Positions 12,601-25,002 of a stretch of 64,000 nt of DNA are shown one piece after another. Below the pieces are notes generated by a model. The model was not told the DNA's origin and made no database searches. It saw nothing but the letters and a program-made list of their open reading frames with translations. The position numbers and the translations under genes were made by a program. Origin of the DNA: the human T2T-CHM13v2.0 reference genome, Homo sapiens; assembly GCF_009914755.1 (NCBI RefSeq), contig NC_060940.1; one strand, written 5' to 3'. Position 1 is the stretch's first letter, and each line of letters starts with the position of its first letter.

Positions 12601-12944
12601 CTGCTTCTACTCCTAGTGATTCCTTCCCTTAGATTAAGCCTTGCTCTCTTCCCGTGCAATCATGAAGAGGATTATATTAGTAAATCCCTGAACATTCCCT
12701 GATTGGGGAGTGAGGGTCAAACCAAGGCAAATGGCAGGATTGACACTCACATCAAGGGCTGGCTCATTAAGGGCTCGGGACCTGGCGATCGAGTTGCATT
12801 GCAGATTTTGGAAGTATGCAAGACCATGCCAGCCACCTTTCCAGGGAGAGACCATGCAAAGAAGGCAGGTGATCCAAGGGCTGGGAGTGGTGAGGACTGC
12901 TCCAGCCCCTGAGCAGCTGTCATCCCAGCACAAAGTGTCAGAAG

Positions 12945-13095
12945 AGACCTCAAAGTGTGGTCTGCAGACGAGGCAGCATCTGCATCACCTGGGAGCTTGT
13001 TAGAAATGCAGAATCTTCTGAGAGAACCAGACCTGCTGCATCAAAATCTGCATTTTAACAAGATTGTAACTTAGATACACAGTAACACTTAAAAA
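12945..13095. mobile_element. MER5A (hAT-Charlie)
   Basis: CTCAAAGTGTGGTC...CATCACCTGGGAGCTTGTTAGAAATGCAGAATC...AATCTGCATTTTAACAAGAT. Confidence 0.85.
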
Positions 13096-13901
13096 GGATG
13101 GGGCAGAGAGGCTAAGTCAGCAGCTTCTCATCACACTCCAATCTGATGCTGCTAGTGCTCCAAAAAGCTCTCATATCCTCACTGACTAGCCTAGGGCTGT
13201 GTCTATCAATGCATTATATGACACAGATGAAGACTATTGTGTACTTTCCTCAATTTTTACCCCATTGTTTCAGCCTTTTGTACATCTTTAATGCAAACAT
13301 CCATGCGAGAATTCTTGTGACATTAATTTTTTGGAACAACCTGTTTTGCAGAGCAAATTTCATTAAGCCATTTTAATCCAGAGTTTAATTTTTTATACAG
13401 CTCGACTCAATCATTTCCATTTTTTTTCCATTAGAATGTCTATTTGTAGTAACATTATTTTCATGGGATCAATTATTTTCTGTTTAAATTTACAACAGGC
13501 ATTTGACTCATCAGTCTCTTTTTATATACCATCTTTTTGCTGATTCTGACTTCTGCTATTTGGAGAGGTTTTCTTGTTTGTGTGTTTGATTCTTTTGTGG
13601 CCATTCTTTCTATTAAGTGAAAATCGTCTGGATCAAATTTTGTAGATTTAAATTTTGTTATTAGTGATACCTGTTTTTTTTCCCTGTCAATTTTAGCTCA
13701 TTACACATTCTAGTCATTTTAACCCTGCTAGTTTTGTTAGTTGCTGATCACTTTTACCATACCAGTAATACGTGGTAGAAATAATCACCAGAATGAAAAC
13801 TCTGCAAAGGCAGGATTTCTGTCCCTTTTTTTTTTTGTTTTTTTTTTTTTCCTGCCTTATACTTGAGACTTAGTGCATGGCACATAGAAAGTGCTCCATA
13901 T

Positions 13902-14195
13902 GGCCAGGCGCAGTGACTCACGCCTGTAATCCTTGCACTTTGGGAAGCCAAGGCAGGTGGATCACTTGAGGTCAGGAGTTTGAGACCAGCCTGGCCAACA
14001 TGGTGAAACCCCGTCTGTACTAAAAATACAAAACATTAGCCAGGCATGGTGGCGGGCACCTGTAGTCCCAGCTACTCGGGAGGCTGAGGCAGAGAATCAC
14101 TTGAACCCAGGAGGCAGAGGTTGTGGTGAGGTGAAGTCACACCACTGCACTCCAGCCTGGGTGACAGAGCGAAACTCCATTTAAAAAAAAAAGAA
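13902..14195 (+). mobile_element. AluS (Sx-like), full length
   Basis: Dimeric Alu with A tail; TSD AGAAAGTGCTCCATA (13886-13900) / AGAAAGTACTCCATA (14196-14210); inserted in an L2 tail. Confidence 0.97.
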
Positions 14196-14347
14196 AGAAA
14201 GTACTCCATAAATATTTGTAGGTGGAAAGAATGATATTCACATATGATTTAATCAAAGACTGACAGTTTATCTATTTGATAAAAAGACTGTGAGAAGCAG
14301 AGATTGATGGAGACAGGAGAGAAAGTGGAGGAGAAGAGAAGATGGAG

Positions 14348-14710
14348 ACAGCACACACACATGCACAGACTTGAACATGCAGACACACATTGCACATGCA
14401 CATGCATGCACACAGCCACACACGTATACACAAACACACATGCGTGCACACAGCCACACGTATACACAAACACATGCGTGCACACACCACACACATATAT
14501 GTAAGCACACATGCATGCACACAGGCATACACATATACATAAACACGCATGCACACAGCCACACACATATACACACAAGCATGCACATACACAGAGGCAT
14601 ATATACACATGCACTAACATACGCATAGTCACAGATACACCTGTAGGTGCAAACACCTATATATGTGTTCACATTCATACACGGGAGTTATTATATTTGT
14701 GCTCACACAT
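14348..14710. repeat. Alternating purine-pyrimidine (CA/TA/TG) low-complexity repeat, left part
   Basis: CACACATGCACAC...-type sequence. Confidence 0.9.
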
Positions 14711-15047
14711 GTAGAGGGTAGAATTGTGGTTATTAGATGCTGGGAAGAGTAGAGGAAGAGAAGATAGGGAGAGGCTGGTTGGTGGATACAAAGTTACAGC
14801 TGAATGAGAGATAATTTTGACTGTTCTGTATACTGTAGGATGAATATGGTTAACAATAACTTAGTGTATATTTTCAAAAAGCCAGAAGAGAGGATCTTGA
14901 ATGTTCACAGCACAAATAAATGATAAATGTTTGAGGTGATGGATATGCTACTCTGATTTGATCATTACACATTGTATAAATGTATTGAAAAATCACTCTG
15001 TATCCCATAAATATGTATAATTATTATGCATCAACTAAAAATTAAAG
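14711..15047 (+). mobile_element. L1MA 3' end inside the RY repeat
   Basis: GATACAAAGTTACAGCT...CAGAAGAGAGGATCTTGAATGTTCACAGCACAAA...CCCATAAATATGTATAATTATTATG. Confidence 0.88.
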
Positions 15048-15597
15048 ACCACACATATATGCACACATAGACATGCACATGAACACACATACTCATGCAT
15101 ATGTGTATACATGCAGAGTTACACATATACACAAACACACATATATGCACACATAGACATGCACATGAACACACAGACATACTCATGCATATGCGTATAC
15201 ATGCACAGTTACACATATACACACACATATGCACACATAGACATGCACATGAACACACAGACATACACATGCATATGCGTATACATGCAGTTACACATAT
15301 ACACAAACACACATATATGCACACATAGACATGCACATGAAGACACTATGCACATGTCCACACATGCACACAGCCACACACATACATATATACACAAATA
15401 CCCATAAATATGCACATGTAGACAGCATGCACACAGAGATACATATGCACACACACAGCCACATGTATACACACTTGTGCAAATGTATGCACACACAGAC
15501 ACACATATGCCCATACATAGGCATATACACGTACAGATTCAGATATAAACACATACAAACACTCATGTACATATGCAAACACATGTACACACACAGT
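15048..15597. repeat. RY repeat, right part, containing an ~86-90 bp unit x ~3.4
   Basis: ATATGCACACATAGACATGCACATGAA recurs near 15057, 15143, 15227 and 15315. Confidence 0.92.
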
Positions 15598-16439
15598 CTG
15601 CTGGCATAGTGATGGCTAAACCAATGCAGGGTAGGGTAAAATGTCTCTGGTGCAAGGTCAGTAGGATAAAATCTGCAGGATCAAATGGAATGCTTAACAA
15701 CACTCCTCTGTGGGGTATCAGTGTCTCCATTTTACAACCAGTGCTTAATCAAATGCACATTGAGTTGAACTGAATATTGGAAAATGAATTGCTACCTTTG
15801 AATGAATCTACTGAAAAATTATACTTGTCCTGGGTCAGACCGTGTGAAAAGCACTGGGTATTGGAGATGAAAAGTGGTTGGCCCTTTTTCTTTGAAAGCT
15901 TAGTCCAGTGGGGAAGATGGATGTGGAAGCTGAGCAATTAAAATGCAGCTTGATAAAAGCTGTGCTGAAAAACCCTCACTGAGCTGAGCAGTGGGGGCTG
16001 GGAGGGAGCAGGTCTTAAACTGAATGATCAGGTTTAGTGGGAGCTGTTTAAATTCTGAGCCATCAGGCATTTTTGCTGGATTCCTTTCGGTGCGCTTGTT
16101 AATCAATTATAAAATAATAATAATGAACACTTCAGGAGAGAGGATGGAGGTTGAAAGACAGTGGAGGGCTGGACTTGAGGTTGGAAGATTTGCAGAGACC
16201 TGGATTGTGCATTCGACCTTTACAAATTGAAGCGAGAGGCTTTGCATCTCTGAACATCAGGATTCCACTCTATAAAAAGGAGAATGAAAGCATTCAGTTT
16301 ATAGGTTTGCTGTGAGGGCTCAACGAGAATGTGGATCCAAAAAAGCTTTGGAAACCAAAATACCGCTAGTTAGCTTGCTGCTTTATTATCCAAAAGAGGC
16401 TGCAAAGATTTGAGGTTTGTTTGTAGTTTGTTTGTAGAT

Positions 16440-16850
16440 TAGTCAGTGTCTACTAAAATAACACTGTGTAACAACCATGCCCAAATCTTGGTGGCTTAAT
16501 ACCTTAAACGTTATTTTTCTCATTCATGAGGCTGTAGGTGGGTTGGAATTTGGCAGATGTAGGCTGGAATTAGCTGGACCTGCCTCCAGGACCAGGGTTG
16601 GACCCAAGTCTTCTGTACGTGTCACCTTCTTTTGGTGCCAGTGCTACCTGGGATTTTAATTTCATGGTTTTGCAGAAGCGTAAGAGGGCATGCCAACCAC
16701 GTGAACACTTTTAAAGCCTAACATCCTATAGGCCAAAGCCAGCCACAGGTCCAAACTCAACTTCAATAGGCAGGGAAAGTCCTCCACCTACTTTACCAGG
16801 GGAGTACTGCAGAGCAATGACCGAGGAAGGAAATGTTTAATCCTATTAGG
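16440..16850 (-). mobile_element. MLT1 (J/K-like) LTR
   Basis: CTGTGTAACAACCATGCCCAAATCTTGGTGGCTTAA...ATAGGCCAAAGCCAGCCACAGG. Confidence 0.6.
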
Positions 16851-16909
16851 GAGGGAGGGGGGGACCAGGAACACAAATCCCTCAAGGCAGGACGAGTAAT
16901 GGTTGGCTG

Positions 16910-17085
16910 CCCAAGGTTGACAGACTGGGTCTCAGTTCCTGGCACTGCTCCTCTCTAGCCATGAGACTTTAGGCAAGTCAACATTTCAGAGCCTCAGTTT
17001 CCTCATCTGTAAAGTGGGTATAATAATAGAATTCTCACAGAATTTCAGTGAGGATTGCCTGATTCATGACAACAGCCTTATAAGT
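16910..17085 (+). mobile_element. MIR SINE
   Basis: GAGCCTCAGTTTCCTCATCTGTAAAGTGGG core. Confidence 0.85.
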
Positions 17086-17139
17086 GGTCCCCTTCTTTTA
17101 CCTCGCATCTTCTGTAATCTCTTCTCTATGCTTCATCCT

Positions 17140-17313
17140 TTAAATACAAAAGTCACCCGTAAAGACAGAAAACAGATTAGTGGTGGCCAGAGGTGGTGGA
17201 GGGAGAGAGGGGGAGAAATGAGAGAAGTGCTAAGGGGTATGAGGTTTCCTTTTGGGGCGATGAAAATGTTCTAAAATCGATGTGGTTATGGTTGTACAAC
17301 TGCAAATATACAA
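17140..17313 (+). mobile_element. L1MB 3' UTR fragment
   Basis: AGACAGAAAACAGATTAGTGGTGGCCAG...GATGAAAATGTTCTAAAAT...GGTTGTACAACT. Confidence 0.75.
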
Positions 17314-17314
17314 T

Positions 17315-17697
17315 CCCTCTGCCTGGAACCTTTTCCCCAAGAAATCTGCCCCCACCGTAAATCCTCACTTGCATACTGTATAATGAGGCTTTTCTGGACC
17401 ACCCTATTTAATTACCCACTCCTTTCTGTCCATGCCTCTCTCTCGATATATTTTCTCTGAATGTTTGTAGCAACTTGACATATTTTGCATGCTTATACAC
17501 TATGTACTTTATATTAAAGCACAGTTATGTAATTTATTTCTCTGGTCCTTTCACCTCCTTTCCTCCCTCCCTGAAATATGCCAGTAGAATGTAACCTTCA
17601 GGAAGGCAAGGATATTTACCTTCTGGGTTTGCTGCTGTCTCCCTAGACAGCTCCTGGCACACAGTAAGCCTTTTAAAAATATTTGTTGAATGCATGA
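17315..17697 (+). mobile_element. L2 3' end
   Basis: TAGAATGTAACCTTCAGGAAGGCAAGG...CCTGGCACACAGTAAG...AATATTTGTTGAATG. Confidence 0.8.
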
Positions 17698-17939
17698 TAT
17701 AAGCCATATAATGCTTAGTAGGTGCTCAGGGCTGAGGAACATAATTGATGTTAGCTTTTATTATCTTTATTTACTTCAAATAACCTACTTAATTGGGAAA
17801 TTTTCCGGGTCTGGAGGGACTCTGAGTTTGAGTCCAGTATCTTCCCTGGGAGTCCTTGCTTGCACAAATGTGTGGGATAGACTCCCGCTGTGTCTGTGGA
17901 CTCAACGTCTCAGCTCCAGGCTCTTTGCTGCCAGGCATA

Positions 17940-18520
17940 GTGAGCCGTGACATTTATAAATCTCTGGGCTCTTAATCCCCTGCTGATCCTCGGAGAGGAG
18001 TAGACATTTGTTGCTAAACACATTGCCCCACTTTGAACAAAGAAACGAAGAGATACCCCAAGCATCAATACAACAGCTGCCTGCGATGGCTGTGACGTCC
18101 CTTCTATCCTAAGGAGGAGGGTACTGGGACTCAGTCCTGTGCACTGACCTGCCCCACTCACCTGGCTGGTGAGGGGTGCAGTTACTACCTTTGGAACACA
18201 TATCATTGGGTTTTTGTATTGCATTCTTCTGTCTCTGAGCAGATCTGTTTGTTTAATGGTCTCTTCCTCACATTCAGCTCAAGCCTGTAAATCCTTCGTA
18301 TAAATTCTGCCTGCTCCTTGATACCAATCTGTTCTCCTCCAAGTAAATCTTTTAAAGACAATACTCCAGCAGCACCGGGAGAACATTTCCTGCAAAATCA
18401 TGCCCGGAAGCCCCTGTTAGCATGCAAATATGCCCCTTTGCAGCATGTTCTGATTGTAACTCGTGATGCACAGTGCAGAGAATTAAGCCGGGTCCCTTCC
18501 TCATCAGTCACCATTTAATG
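17940..18520. promoter_or_regulatory. Candidate enhancer (repeat-free, motif-dense)
   Basis: TCF/SOX overlap CTTTGAACAAAG 18031-18042, TGACGTC 18093, TGTTTGTTT 18246, CCGGAAG 18404, octamer ATGCAAAT 18422; motif presence only. Confidence 0.3.
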
Positions 18521-19311
18521 GAGACTGAATGGTTGTGGATACTTTTGTTAGGGTCATCAAGAAGGTTTGCCATGCTTGGCTTGGTAAGGAGGAGGTTGTG
18601 TGCTCCTGTAAGACAAACCTAGCACTTTATAGGCTCCCAAAAGCCCATGGTAGTTACAGGAGCCATGAAAAACAAACATGTAGACATTCAGTAGTGGTCT
18701 CAGGAACCCCTATTGGCAAACTCACCATTTATGGAAAGACCTGGAGGGCAGTGTCTTTGGCCATGACATGAAACAGCCCAGTAAGCTGCAAAGGCCAGAT
18801 TGAAGAGAGCTGTTGAAAATTCATTTGCTTGCTATAGGCTGGCTTTTTATTTCATTTTATTTTATTTGTTTATTTATTATGTTTTTTAGCAAACCATCTG
18901 AAATGGGATGAGAGAGCCATATTTGGGCATACCACCTATTGGACCAGCAGTTCTACAGAGGCGAGGGTCCATTTTTTGTTTTGCAGAAGCCTCTCTGTCA
19001 GCAGTTCTCAAAAGGAAAGGAGTTTATTTATCTTCAGTTCAGCAAAATTTACTAAGTGCTGACAATGGGCTAAGGGGATAGAGACGAAGAAGGAGATTCT
19101 TGCCCTCCAGAAATTTACAGCCCAACATAATGTAAACACTTTTCTATACAACACTTGCAAATAGTAATTGTGTGGAAATTCAAATGGTGGACTTACATGT
19201 TATCAGACTCTGTGTGTGTGCATATGTGCATGTGTGTGTAGGTCACTCCCTAAAGAATGACAAATATGCTAAGATTTTAGTTACTCCTTGCTTTTTTTGT
19301 CCCCCCTCCTC

Positions 19312-19640
19312 GTTTTTTAACCTTTATTGAAGTATCATTCACATACCGCAGACTGCAACCACTTCAAGTGTAAAGCTCAGTGACTATTAATATATTTACA
19401 GAGTTGTGCAACCATAACTGCAATCTTATTTTAAGTAATTTCTACCTCCCCAGAAAGAAGCCTTGTGCCCATTTGAAGTCCCTCTCCTTCCTAACCCCAG
19501 CCTGAGGCAACTACTAATCTATTTTCTGTCTCCATGGATTTTCCTTTTCTGCACATTTTATGTAATGAAATCATGCCATATGTGGGTTTTTGTGCCTGGT
19601 TTCTTTCACTTAGCATAATGTTTTTTGCAGTTTATCCATT
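19312..19640 (-). mobile_element. L1MB 3' end fragment
   Basis: TTTACAGAGTTGTGCAACCAT...GGCAACTACTAATCTATTTTCTGTCTCCATGGATTT...TTCTTTCACTTAGCATAATG. Confidence 0.85.
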
Positions 19641-20084
19641 AGACACACTCGGAAGCAGTATTTCCAGTATCAGTCTATGCTCTCATTTTGTCCTTTTCCT
19701 TTTACAATTGAAGGCGCAATTAACTGGCCTAAATTCGATGAAGTTAAAGGTTGGCCATTTGTGGCGTGCTTACTCAATTCAATCTCGGCTGAGATTTGAT
19801 CCCTTATTATTACATTAGTGCTTTTTACTTTTCTGTTTTCAGTTACTTTTTATAAAATAGTAAGAGTGGAAGATAATGAAACGGCTAAATAAATCTTATC
19901 GAGAGATAGTGAAGGTGCTGGAGCTTCCTCACTGAGCAAACAGAACTACAGTAAAATGATAACTCATGAAAAAATTAAAGTTGGACATATGCATTGGATT
20001 TAGGGGCACCAGCGCACAATGTGTGAAAGTGCAGCTTGCTCAAAACTTGAAGGTGTGAATGTCAGAGACTACCTGTGAATCTCG

Positions 20085-20281
20085 TCATCATTGTCATCAT
20101 TCTCATAACGATAATAGCAATTCCCTTTTCTGAGTGCATGGTATGTGCTATTCAGTTCCCACACATTTCCTCATTGAATCCTCACAACTGCTATTGGAGG
20201 AATATATTATTTTTATTATTATTTTCATTTTACAGATGGAGACAATGAGTCCCAGTAAATTTAAAGACACATGCCTAAGAC
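20085..20281 (-). mobile_element. MIR SINE, cut by an LTR
   Basis: CTCATTGAATCCTCACAAC...CATTTTACAGATGGAGAC; ends at the LTR terminus. Confidence 0.7.
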
Positions 20282-20587
20282 TGAGAACCCAAAATATCTG
20301 AGACAGGTCTCAGTCAATTTAGAAACGTTTATTTTGCCAAGGTTAAGGACGTGGTCGGCACATAGCCCAGGGAGGTCCCGATGACATGTGCCCAAGGTGG
20401 GCAGGGCACAGCTTGGTTTTATACATTTTAGGGACACATGAGACATTAATCCATATGTGTAAGAAGTACATTGGTTCAGTCCAACGTGGAACAACTCCAG
20501 GTAGGGAGGGGCTTCCAGGTCATGGATAGACAAGAGACAAAAGGTTGCATTCTTTTGAGTCCTTGATCAGCCGTCCACTGAACACAG
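20282..20587 (-). mobile_element. MER4A-family ERV1 LTR, 3' half only
   Basis: CTGAGACAGGTCTCAGTCAATTTAGAA, GACATGTGCCCAAGGTGG, GCTTGGTTTTATACATTTTAGGG, GGGGCTTCCAGGTCAT. Confidence 0.85.
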
Positions 20588-21197
20588 TGTTCATTCCTGG
20601 GCATAGGCCGAACTAACTTTGGGAAGGAATTCAGTTCATGGTTTGACTCTGAAACAAAATTGATAATAACCCTTTCCCAAAAAGACCCTCTTCTTGCTCG
20701 GGGACCAGTCTGCCTTTGCAAGACTAACAAGTTAGCTACAAGATTAGAAATTACAGTTTAGGGGTCATGCAGCCTCTGGCTCCAAGAGTCTGAACCTCCT
20801 CAAATTGCTCCTGGGGATAACATCACTATTGTAAAACCTAAGATCAGTGCTTGAGATATTTTGCAGACCGTGCACTCCATGGATCAGCTGACACCATGCA
20901 GACCAGTAATCTGGCTCAATCAGTTCTGCCGTCTCATCCAGGAACAGCAAGAAAACCTCACTTCAACCCCCTAGGACTCCATCTCCAACCTGACCAATCA
21001 GCACTCCTCACTTCCCGAGCCCATACCCCCCAAATCCCCGAATGCTTGGGGAGACTGATTTGAGTAATAATAATTAAACTCCTGTCTCCCGCACAGCTGG
21101 CTCTGTGTGAATTACTCTTTCTCTATTGCAATTCCCCTTCCTTGATAAATTGGCTCTGTCTAGACAGTGGGCAAAGTGAACCTGTTGGGCAGTTAGA
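20588..21197 (+). mobile_element. LTR8 ERV1 LTR lacking its 5' ~90 bp
   Basis: TGTTCATTCCTGGGCATAGGCCGAACTAACTTTGGG...GATAACATCACTATTGTAAAACC...GGCAAAGTGAACCTGTTGGGCAGTTAGA. Confidence 0.85.
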
Positions 21198-21919
21198 AAA
21201 GGAGCCTGAGAGATGGATTGAGGGCGGGTAGAGAAAGTAATGACTGTGATCAGACCCCGCTGAGAGATTTGCCATTGTCATGAAGGTAAGAGGGAGACGT
21301 TGAGGAATTTTAAGTGCAGATGTGATGTGAACAGATTTGAGTTTTACAAAAGTGAATTCCTGGTGGTAATAACGGTGCCTTGGATCAAAGTTCTCAATTC
21401 CAAGTAGCAGGTGAGCATCTCAGAAAAGATACAAAGCTTCGGACCAAGGTTTCCTCTCTTCTCTTCAGCAGGAATCACAGTTTGGGGAACTAAACTTGCC
21501 AAGGAGAACTTCAGGTTTCTAGAATCCGAGGCTGATGAAGAAAGAATGTTGGGGCAGATTTTGACAGGGGTCTAAGCTTTGCCTAATCACACTGCCCGAA
21601 TGAGCAGCCACTGCTGATGAATTCTCATTTTCTTAACTGGCAAAGCCTTCTTGGCACAAAAAAAGTGTTTATGGTTTTTCTTAAAAAAGCGTTTAGTGCC
21701 TCTGAGTTGAGAAGGCTGGTGTACTGAGATGTGGCATCTCTTTTCTTGTAAAAGTTAAGGGGCTTTTTTCAGTCACTTTATAGTTTGTTTTATTGATGGA
21801 GAAAGGGAAAGTGATAAAATATTCTTGTCTTCTAAAATTTCTGTCCTTTGGCAACAAGGATGAGAAGGTATATGTCCCGGTAAATTTTTGGGTTACAAAA
21901 TAATCCCTTCTCTTAGTGC

Positions 21920-22430
21920 TCTACTGACTGAGTTACCACAGTGCTTCCCATACACTGTCGCCTCAGGCAAGTTGTTTAATTTTTCCAGGCCTCAGTTGCT
22001 TAGTCTGTGAAATGGGAATATGAACACCAATACCACCTACTTCTTAGAAGTATTATGAGGATTAGGTATCTAATATTTGTAAAGCATTTAAAACAAAACA
22101 GTATCTGGAACATATTAAGCTGAGAAGTGTTTGTTCAATAAAAGTAAATAGATTTTGAACCACAGCTGGGTCAAGTTGTGGCGTGTGAATTACACATCTA
22201 GCCGAGTGACCTTGGACCAATTGCTCATTCTCCCCGAGTCTCAGCTTCACCACCTGTGAAATAAGGGAGGCTGGACTGGGTGATCTCCAAGCCCCTTTCT
22301 GACCTCTCAGCACATTTTCTCTCATCGTCTGGTGAAAGAGAGAAGGTTTGTCCATATGCCATGGAAACAGGGATGAAACCAAGACACAGGGAGGTCACAC
22401 AGTTTGCCAGAAGCCTGGGATTAAAGCCAG
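21920..22430. mobile_element. Cluster of three MIR/MIR3 fragments (+,+,-)
   Basis: GCCTCAGTTGCTTAGTCTGTGAAATGGG; GTGACCTTGGACCAA...CACCTGTGAAAT; GGTCACACAG...CTGGGATTAAAGCC. Confidence 0.7.
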
Positions 22431-23094
22431 CCCCACACAAACAATTTTCAGCTTTTTCTGTCCACAAGAAACATCTGAGAAGCTTCAAAAACACTGACGC
22501 CTGTGCCTTGCCTCAGAACAACGGCACAGCATCCCTGCGTGTGGGGCCCGGCACTGGTCCTTGAAAAAGTCTTCCCAGATGATGCTAATAGCTGCCAGGG
22601 TGGCACATTATTGGCCTAGATTAAAATTCAGGTCTAGCCAAGGTTGTTATCTTTCAGTTGTAGATTTATGAGGATGGATGGTGCTGGTCCACAGTATTCT
22701 GGCCGGAGTTGCCCAAGCATTGCATTTTCCTCTTGGTGACAGCACACATTAAATGCCTACTCGATCACATTGCATACCTGTTTCATTTTACCTTCTCATG
22801 AAATAAGAGTAGCAGGTGCTCATTTTACAAACAAGGCTCTGAGATGGGTGCACATTTCTCAAGATCCACTGTTTAGTAAGTGGTGGGACCAGGTCCAACT
22901 GATGCTTAAAAAGCTTCCTATCCTCCCTCACCACCAAGAGAGAGCAAACAGAGAGCTCCTTGGTGGAAGTGCACCCTTGACTTGCAGGCAGTTCAGATTT
23001 CATTGGATTTTTGTTTTTGTACCTGCTAAGAATCAGGCTTTAGACAGTGGCTTGCTTCTAGTTTGGGTTAATTTCATCTCTGGGTCAGCATATA

Positions 23095-24040
23095 GTAACC
23101 CAGGGGTTCTCCAAAGGTGATGCCTAGACCACGAGCATCAACGTCACCTGGGAATTTGTTAAAAATGCAATTTTTCATGCTCAAGTCTTACTGACTATGA
23201 ATGCAGATGTTCTCAGAGAGTAGTGCCTGGACTATCAGCATCAACACCACCTGGGAACTTGTTAGGCAATTGACTCAGAAACTCTTGGGGTGGGGGTCCT
23301 ACAATCTGTGTTTTAACAATCCCTCTAGGGGAGACTAAGGCTTGCTGAAGTTTGAGGAGCACAGACTTAGCCTGGTGCTTCACAGCCCTGGCTGCAAATG
23401 ACAGTCACCTGGAGAGCTTTCAAAACACGCAACATGGGTATGCCCAGGCAATTAGGATCTTTGAGACAGAATGAGGCTTGGGCACTGACAGTAAAAAAAA
23501 AAAAAAGAAACTTCTCAGGTGCTTTTAATGTGCAACTAAGGTTGATCAATTTAGCAAAATAGCAACAACTACAACAAGCCCAGTTAAGTTTGCATTCCAA
23601 ATAAACAACAAATCATGTTTTAGTAGAAGTATACCACCTGAATTGTTTGGAACATCATCTTCCCATTCCCCTCACCCTCCATTCTATGCAAAAAGCCGTA
23701 TCTGGAAAGCAGCAATAAGTTTGTGGGTTTTCTTTTTTTGAGATCTTTTGCACAGCGTGGTGGATATAGTTAATAATAGTGATTGTGCACGTTAAAATCG
23801 CTAAGAAAATAAATTTCAAATGTCCTCACTACAGAAAATAATAAACATTTGAAGTGATACATATGTTAATTAGCTTGATTTAATTATTCCACATTGTATT
23901 CAGAAATCATAACTCAACTTGGCACTTGCATAAATATATACAACTATAATTTGTGAGCTTACAATAAAAAATGTCTGGGACATATTAACACTGAGATTTT
24001 TCTATTAAGCCTATGTGCAACCAATGGTGAGAACCACTGA
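23095..24040. mobile_element. Nested hAT cluster: tandem MER5A halves, MER5B, MER53 (23537-23657 and ~23970-23995) and an L1MA fragment (23735-23970)
   Basis: Two CATCAAC..CACCTGGGAA.TTGTTA units; GTCACCTGGAGAGCTTT; CCCAGTTAAGTTTGCATTCCAAATAAACAAC; GATACATATGTTAATTAGCTTGATT; terminal GAGAACCACTG. Confidence 0.7.
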
Positions 24041-24194
24041 ACTTAGGATTCGAAGATTATACTGCAACCTCCAAGAGACTAGAGGTACCTCCAAAGCAAG
24101 AGGTACTACATAAAATAGGAAAGTCCCTGAATCTTCTGTATTCAATTTAATGAATTAATGCAAATGATAATGTAACCACCACCCTGATCATCTG

Positions 24195-24350
24195 CTTCTC
24201 AAAGGGTGGTCCAAGGACTAGCAGCATCACTCAGGAGCTTGTTAGAAATGTGGAATCCTAGGCTTCACTCCATCTACTGAGTTGGAATCTGCATTTTAAC
24301 AAGATCCCCTGGTAATGAGCATAAACGTTAAGTTTGAGAAGCTCTGATCT
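24195..24350. mobile_element. MER5A
   Basis: CTTCTCAAAGGGTGGTCC...GAGCTTGTTAGAAATG...AATCTGCATTTTAACAAGATCCCC...AGTTTGAGAAGC. Confidence 0.85.
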
Positions 24351-24372
24351 AGTCTAGTTTTAGTTTTTAAAA

Positions 24373-24568
24373 CTATGCTGTCCACTATGATAGCCACATG
24401 TGGCTATTTAAATTCAAACTAATGAGAATAAAATATATTGTAAAAGTTAGTTCCTTAGTCACATTAGCCATATTTTCAGTGCTCATTAACTGTACATGGC
24501 TACCGTCTTGCACCTTGCAGCTGTAGAACTTTCCATCACCACCAGTAGTTCTACCGGAATGCCCTGTT
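24373..24568. mobile_element. MER3 (hAT-Charlie)
   Basis: GCTGTCCA...TAGCCACATGTGGCTATTTAAATT...AGTTCCTTAGTCACATTAGCCA...TTTCCATCACC. Confidence 0.8.
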
Positions 24569-24744
24569 TCAGAAGGAGGCATCAAAAGAACCTTCTTTGT
24601 GAACCAACAGATGGGCATTGAGACCTTGTTCAAAGACAAACATAAAAATGGTTATGGGTCAGAGAGGCAAAAGAGGTGCCGTTTGGCAGAAATACCTGAG
24701 CCATCTGAAAAAGATGGGAGTGGGGAAAGGAAAACCTTCTTTTA

Positions 24745-25002
<258 letters not shown>

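Noticed and set aside
14249-15609. Cys/Val- and His/Thr-rich ORFs
   Set aside because: Translation of the (CA/TG) repeat
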